DNA of 63,995 nt, the filler included, from Vannella sp. (taxonomy: Eukaryota): NCBI GenBank assembly GCA_023345925.1. It is 6 parts of 6 records of this genome, joined end to end, with 100 filler letters (N's around TTAATTAATTAA, not from the genome) between each part and the next. Parts side by side here need not be neighbours in the genome. Positions count along the whole stretch, not along the records: positions 54,381 to 60,780 come from JAJQQN010000579.1; positions 60,881 to 63,995 come from JAJQQN010000844.1; 4 more parts are not named here. The stretch is one strand, 5' to 3'. Position numbers and translations under genes: made by a program. The notes beneath the pieces are model-generated. The model was not told the origin of the DNA, ran no database searches, and saw only the letters and a list, made by a program, of their open reading frames with translations. Positions 58,507-63,995 of this stretch are shown piece by piece (within the stretch, counting starts at the first letter, position 1; each line of letters opens with the position of its first letter).

Positions 58507-60476
58507 TTATGACTCTGCACATGACAATTTGGCTGGTAGAACCAACAGAGCGCCATCGAAGAACTCTTCAAAGCTCGAAGGAGGATCCTCACTGCTGAAA
58601 TGAGGCCAAAAACTCTTCACAGGCTCTCCCACGGTCACGAATGGGGGTAAGGAAACAATGGAGGGGGTGACCACTACCACCGTCTTGAACATCTCAGTGC
58701 TGAGTCCGCAATGGTCCTCCCGTAAACGTTCGAAGAGTGCAAGGAGCTTCTCATCACTCCTCCCAGGGTCATGTAGCCGTACCGGGTATTGCTGTGGTCT
58801 GGGTTGCGCTACAAGGAAACGAGGGGGCATGAATGTCTTGAAGTAGATCACATCCACACCGTGGACAGGATCCACTGCTTGTCCCGCGTAGGTGTCGGAG
58901 AGGGATTCTTGTTGGGTGTAGATGAGCGAGGGTATGACCCCACCTTGGTGTAGGACACCAAAGAACACCAGCAGAGAGATGTTAAAGATGATCCACGAGA
59001 CGATCCACCAACGGAAGCAGAAGAAGCGAGGAGCAAACAGCACACAAAGAGGGAGCAGAAGAGGCAAGAGGAAGCGAGGTTCTTGGTGTTGTGCGACGCT
59101 CAGAAGTCCACAACCCGAGAAGATACATCCCAAGAGGACCATGCGAATGGTGGTGGCCTTGGAAGGCTCATTATCTTTCGAGTTGTAGCTGAGATCGGAA
59201 GATCGAATCGCCGAGTCGCTCATTCGTGATCTGGTCAAAGGACCGTCCAAACGAGACCGAAGGCGGCCCCAAGATGCTGAGTTAATCATGGTGGGAGACC
59301 CAGGGGGACTGCGGCGGTCCATATTCCTGTCCAAAACGACCGCCGATGAGCTCCTCATGATGGAACGAGGGTTCAAAATGAGTTGGCGGACAAGGCGAAG
59401 CGAGTTCCATGCCACCAGAATCATTGCAAAGGTATGAAGAGGGCCAAATAGCACGTGCATGTTCACTAGCACGTGCAGATAGCGGGGATGAATGCCGTGA
59501 GCTGCCAGGTTGGCAGGGTCCAAGTTGTACAGGAAGCTGTTCATCACTGTCAGTTGAGGAGTTCCAAAGTAGACAGAGTCTAGTATAACAAGCACGCCTG
59601 ACACCAAAGCGATTCCAGAGAGACCCAGAATGACTCCTTTGGCAATCACTTGAGATCGAGGCACTCTCTCGATCTGATGTGATGAAGTATTGATTGGTGG
59701 AACACTGAAGATCCACAGAGGAAGGTCTACCGAGAGAGGAGGGTCAGCAAGGGGAGTTAGTGAGTGGGAGTCTCTTTACCTTGACATGGGACCAGGAACA
59801 GCTCGTGGAACACACCCAAAGCTATGGGAAAGAAGAAGAAAACGAAGGTGAACCGGGTAAAGATCCCCAGAGAGAATACAGCGCCGAACAGGAGGAATCG
59901 CCAGCTGCGAAGTGGAGCAACGAGGTGCTCGTGGGGCATAAAGAAGAGGAGAAGAGATACAGTAAAGAAGAAGGATTCGAGAATGTTCGAGAAAGGCCGC
60001 GTATACATCACCAGCATGGCCCAACTGCTTGCAAGCATGACAAGAACGGGCCCAGGGTCTTCGCCTCGCCATTGGGAGATACGAGAGGCTGTGAAATCCA
60101 CTACAAGAGAGAGAGCGAACATAACTATGCGTGGAAAGACGAGTAGAGTCCATCCATTGAGGAGAAGGGGAATCACAACAGATAAACCAGACAGGACAGT
60201 GTACCCAACGCCACTCCCAATGAGTGGAGAGATGATAGAACGACATGGAGAGCTCAAATCCGCAAACTCCCAAGGGACGAACACCGAGAACTCGAAGATA
60301 TCCGCCGCAGCAATCTCCGGGGACTGAAAGAACTCGTCCGGGTGCGGGTAGCCCATCAAGAAGATGAACAGGAAGCGCACCACGACCAGCACTATGTGCG
60401 AGGTGCACCACGCCCCTGTTGCCCCAAACACGCGCTGGTGATGGTCCACGAGCGTCCGCCACGCCCCGAAGACCAT
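58507..60476 (-). CDS. PIGZ: GPI mannosyltransferase 4 (PIG-Z/Smp3; Alg9-like GT22)
   Basis: GYPHPDEFFQSPE, PWEF, RPFSNILE, RFTF, NLAAHGIHPRYLH, HQEPRFLLP, HQGGVIP. Confidence 0.92.
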
Positions 60477-60616
60477 GCCAACCGGGCTTCGTGAAATGAA
60501 GGGGGCTGAGGTCTCCAATACATCAGTAACTGTTAAAAATATGAGTCCATTCACAAATTCATTGATCTTTCCTGACCGCTTGGGTTGGAAGACATGCTAA
60601 AGAACACCGTTGGTCA

Positions 60617-60767
60617 GAGAAAGTTCACGGCCCAGATCAACCACGTCCCCTGGCCATGGTTGAAAAGTATCTCTAAATTCGATCGGGACCTTTGAGAGAA
60701 TTCACGGCTCCACTCAACCACGTCCCCTGGCCTCCGTTGAAAAGTGCCTCTAAATTCAACTGGGACC
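60617..60767. repeat. 77-bp tandem repeat, two diverged copies at the contig end
   Basis: ttcacggc..tcaaccacgtcccctggcc..gttgaaaagt..ctctaaattc..gggacc at 60617-60690 and 60694-60767; related core at about 61292-61312. Confidence 0.85.
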
Positions 60768-60780
60768 GATGCGAAAGATG

Positions 60781-60880
60781 NNNNNNNNNNNNNNNNNNNN
60801 NNNNNNNNNNNNNNNNNNNNNNNNTTAATTAATTAANNNNNNNNNNNNNNNNNNNNNNNNNNNNNNNNNNNNNNNNNNNN
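60781..60880. other. Artificial contig linker
   Basis: N44-TTAATTAATTAA-N44. Confidence 0.98.
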
Positions 60881-61524
60881 AAACTAGCCCGTTTTATCCT
60901 CCACCGTTCCGAAGAAACTCTCAGAATGTGCAATAATCATACGTTTATGACTTTGCTCCTTTCGTTCGAATGCCCTCTCCCCTGTCACGTGACTTTTCTC
61001 TTTTAGAAAATGATATGTTTGCTTGCCCTGATGACCTCCTTTTTTTCTTGGCTTCCGACGCAGGCCACGCTCTCGCTGCGTCGAATCAAGACTCAAGCCC
61101 GCTTTGGGATCGGAGGTGATTCTCCTTTCCTTCGCTGGTGATAGAAGTGTAGGAGGTGTGGTGGCTTAACCAGCAAAGCGGTATTCCCCCAGGACGACGC
61201 AAGAGCCCGAAGTGGAGCCACGTTGAACGTGGTAATCGCCAAAGAGTTTCGAGTTTGGGCCATTTTTGAAATCCTTTTTAGGATGCCACCCCACTCAACC
61301 ACGTCCGCTGGCAGTGGGTAAGTGAGTTCTCTCTGCGTTTTACCTCAGAACCAAGGCTGAAAGCAATTGGCAACTTGGTTCTCAGAAGTTGGTTCCGGCT
61401 AGTTTTCCGAAAAGGCCCATTTGGTCCACATTTCCATCAACTTGTCAGGTTGCACGCTTGGAAGGGGATCTTTATTCCCTCTTTGAAGAGGAGACTGGAG
61501 GAAAAGTTCTTCCCTTTGGTCTCT

Positions 61525-63735
61525 TTATCCGCGGTCGGTGACACCCGGAACTGGTTCCCTCTTAGTTAGTCTCTCGCCTGTGCATAATGGACCTGTATAG
61601 ATCAGCCGAGCAGTTTCCTCAGAGTCCATTGAGTACGCAGATTTGTGCGGAGTGCACACGGTCCTGACGACCTGGGTGTATTTGTGATCAGAGCTGTGGT
61701 CTTGGAAATGTCTTTCACAGTTGTCCTGCCACTTCATCAATGATTCTGAGCTGTTAGCAGGTAAAACTAAAGTGAACTCTGACTCTGACACACCCTGGAG
61801 AAGAGCAGGGATGACTTCATTCAGTTCGAGGAGTCTCTTCATAGCCATCATCTTGCCAGTGGGCCGTTTGTAAGAACGGCAGGGGGCACCAAATTGCCGC
61901 ACTAATGGTAAGTCATTCTGTACTTCGACCTCGGTTTCAGCAATACAGTCCTTCTCCAAAGAAGTACAAGCGCAGTAGTAGATGGCCGAGAAGGGCAGCT
62001 CAGTTTGACCCTCAATGAATCCGACGAACTCACTCAGAGCCTCTTCATCCAAGAGATCAAGTCCCATCACAGACACATTCCGCATCCAATCAGCATGATC
62101 AGTCTCTTGATACAACGCATTGGCCAGGGACTTTGGAGATCTCGTGGTAATGGAAACCGAGCTTCCGAGTCTCAACATTAAAAGGGCTAAGCTCAACCCT
62201 GGTCCATTCTGTCCGCCAATCACCAGCGCGGTGGGGTCACCTGTTGTAAGAGGTCTGGACGAGAGGCACATGCTACAGAAGGCTCTAAAGATCTCCCCAG
62301 TATGGGAGATCGTACTTCTATAACACAAAGAACAGAGGTTACTGTGCCTTACTCCGAAACTAAATCTGCGGAAAGTGATCTGCCGCATCCACGAGTAGTT
62401 TCCTGCCAAGAAGGGATTGGGAGATTCGGCTTTCCGTCCACTGCCCTTTCCAACAATGTCTGTCAAGGTCATCTTCGGGCCATAGGGAACGGAAGGTCCG
62501 TAAAAGCGATTGTTCCTTCCTTTTCTTCCCGGTGCTTCTTCTTTCAGGTCCCCGACTCTGAGACTCCACATCAGAAAACGAGTGGCTTCGGACTTGTCTG
62601 ACATTCGAGCCAGGACTGTGAACCCTAGGCGTAAGTACTTCTTGATGCGTTCCAGTGTGTCGTGCCTTGCCACTGGGATAGTCCAAGTATTCAGTGACCT
62701 CAAAGCTCTCTCTGAACACAGAACCTGAGTTCCATCAAAGATAATGGCGCAGATCGACAAGTCGTGAAGTGCTAAGAGCTCTTCTTTCTCTTTCACAACG
62801 AGGCACACGAATTGAATGTTCCTGATGGGCGCTCCAACTGCGATAACGATCGAATAGGGAGTCTGGATGGCCTCCCATTTGAGTCCTTTCCCTGCAAGGA
62901 TACTTAGAAGTTGGTTCAGAGCTTCTTGCTGTTTTTGGATGGCTTCTTCAAAGGTAGCGGCCACAACAAACAGATCCACGTCAGAAGAGGGACAGAGATT
63001 GTCGAAGAACTTCTTCGTTTGACGTTGGATATCCTCTCTGGTCCAATGCACAACTGGTAGATAATCCAGAATCATCTCTTGCAACTCCAGTGGGAGACCT
63101 TTCGCGGGATTGCTGAGGACTTTCTCCACAGCCTCTCGGCTCTTGACAGCTTGTCTCACGCGATTCATCTTCTCTGCAGGATCCCTCGCTGCCAAACAAT
63201 GTAGAACTGCTGAGCCACCAAGAACGATGTTTGAAGAAAGCAAAGGAGTGATGTCGAGACCCACAAAAGTCTCCAAGTTCTCCAGAAAGTGTTCTTTGGA
63301 CTGGACTATCGAAGACCCTCTCGTGAAAACTATTGCACGACGAGTGACTGGAGCTTCATAGAATTCCTTCTCCAAAGGGCTCAATTCACGACGATGAAAG
63401 AGAGGATTCGCAAAGCCATCCTCTTGAAACGCACTGTGAACGACCCAATCAGGTGCCGGAAAGGGAGCAGGGATGTCGGAGTTTGGCATAAGTGGGCGGG
63501 TCAGATAGTAGCGAAGATTACGAGCGTCGAGATCTTGCTGAGCAACTTCCAAAAGGCAAGGCAGGAATGCACTTGCTTGAGGGTGTCGCAAAGGATCTAG
63601 TCCAGAAGGAGCCTTCAGCAACTCCATGGGCAAAGTGGGCCATTCCTCCCTATCCTGCAGGATCCTCTCAAGCACCTTCTCGACCTTGTCCCAATCGACC
63701 AACTCTCCAGACATGTACTTTGACATCTGAGACAT
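61525..63735 (-). CDS. Intronless 736-aa protein: pol-beta-like nucleotidyltransferase domain + CxxC/CxxC + degenerate SDR Rossmann domain
   Basis: IVLGGSAVLHCL, SDVDLFV, HDLSICAIIFDG..RA, RIKKYLRLGF; CSLC..CSMC; ALVIGG..G..LALLMLRLGSSVSITTRSP..DW..VMGLDL. Confidence 0.75.
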   Translation of the reverse strand: MSQMSKYMSGELVDWDKVEKVLERILQDREEWPTLPMELLKAPSGLDPLRHPQASAFLPCLLEVAQQDLDARNLRYYLTRPLMPNSDIPAPFPAPDWVVHSAFQEDGFANPLFHRRELSPLEKEFYEAPVTRRAIVFTRGSSIVQSKEHFLENLETFVGLDITPLLSSNIVLGGSAVLHCLAARDPAEKMNRVRQAVKSREAVEKVLSNPAKGLPLELQEMILDYLPVVHWTREDIQRQTKKFFDNLCPSSDVDLFVVAATFEEAIQKQQEALNQLLSILAGKGLKWEAIQTPYSIVIAVGAPIRNIQFVCLVVKEKEELLALHDLSICAIIFDGTQVLCSERALRSLNTWTIPVARHDTLERIKKYLRLGFTVLARMSDKSEATRFLMWSLRVGDLKEEAPGRKGRNNRFYGPSVPYGPKMTLTDIVGKGSGRKAESPNPFLAGNYSWMRQITFRRFSFGVRHSNLCSLCYRSTISHTGEIFRAFCSMCLSSRPLTTGDPTALVIGGQNGPGLSLALLMLRLGSSVSITTRSPKSLANALYQETDHADWMRNVSVMGLDLLDEEALSEFVGFIEGQTELPFSAIYYCACTSLEKDCIAETEVEVQNDLPLVRQFGAPCRSYKRPTGKMMAMKRLLELNEVIPALLQGVSESEFTLVLPANSSESLMKWQDNCERHFQDHSSDHKYTQVVRTVCTPHKSAYSMDSEETARLIYTGPLCTGERLTKREPVPGVTDRG

Positions 63736-63995
63736 TGCAAATGAAAACTGATTTCCTTTCCTCTTCCACGAAGAAGGACTGGTTTTACCAAAAAAAAGTA
63801 GAGGAATTGAGGATGATTATTGGATGAGAGACGAGTGATCATTGCGATAATTATTTGATTATTCCAACACCAGCGAGACTATGCGTCAGAAGAGAAAATC
63901 CACGAGCGAAGGGGAAGAGGGTTCCAAAACGCGTGTTTGCATAGAGTGCCCTGATGACCTCCATCTCTTCAGGATAAGCCTTTGGCCTGATTTCA

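Noticed and set aside
60617..60767. CRISPR-like repeat array
   Set aside because: Only two units, similar along their whole length with no unique spacers, no cas genes and a eukaryotic context.

Overview
Six joined contigs, separated by 100-bp N-TTAATTAATTAA-N linkers, from a very compact, intron-rich eukaryotic nuclear genome. Most introns are GT-AG and about 40-90 nt, and intergenic gaps are often under 150 bp. The gene set suggests an amoebozoan protist (inference). Most genes are housekeeping: TMEM87-like, NPP, COMMD2, hyccin, DEAD-box helicase, VPS10 receptor, Siw14, RanBP9/10, FAM13-like RhoGAP, RPC1, NDUFA8-like, TFIIH p44, VPS9 GEF, akirin, AMP deaminase, VASt protein, Vps39, CaMK, HAAO, RPL30 and PIGZ. 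The best candidate for an undescribed system is a 3-exon, ~1037-aa gene at 43976-47185. It encodes a predicted N-myristoylated protein with a canonical photoactive LOV domain, SAM, a ubiquitin/PB1-like segment, a degenerate macrodomain and a TKL kinase, i.e. a putative non-phototropin blue-light receptor kinase. Other notable items are an intronless nucleotidyltransferase-Zn-SDR fusion, an RNase II with duplicated cold-shock modules, a coiled-coil/pseudo-CAP/HSP20-like fusion, an atypical Rho GTPase and an interstitial (CCCTAAA)n tract. Gene models were spliced by eye and domain calls come from motif recognition, with no searches run.
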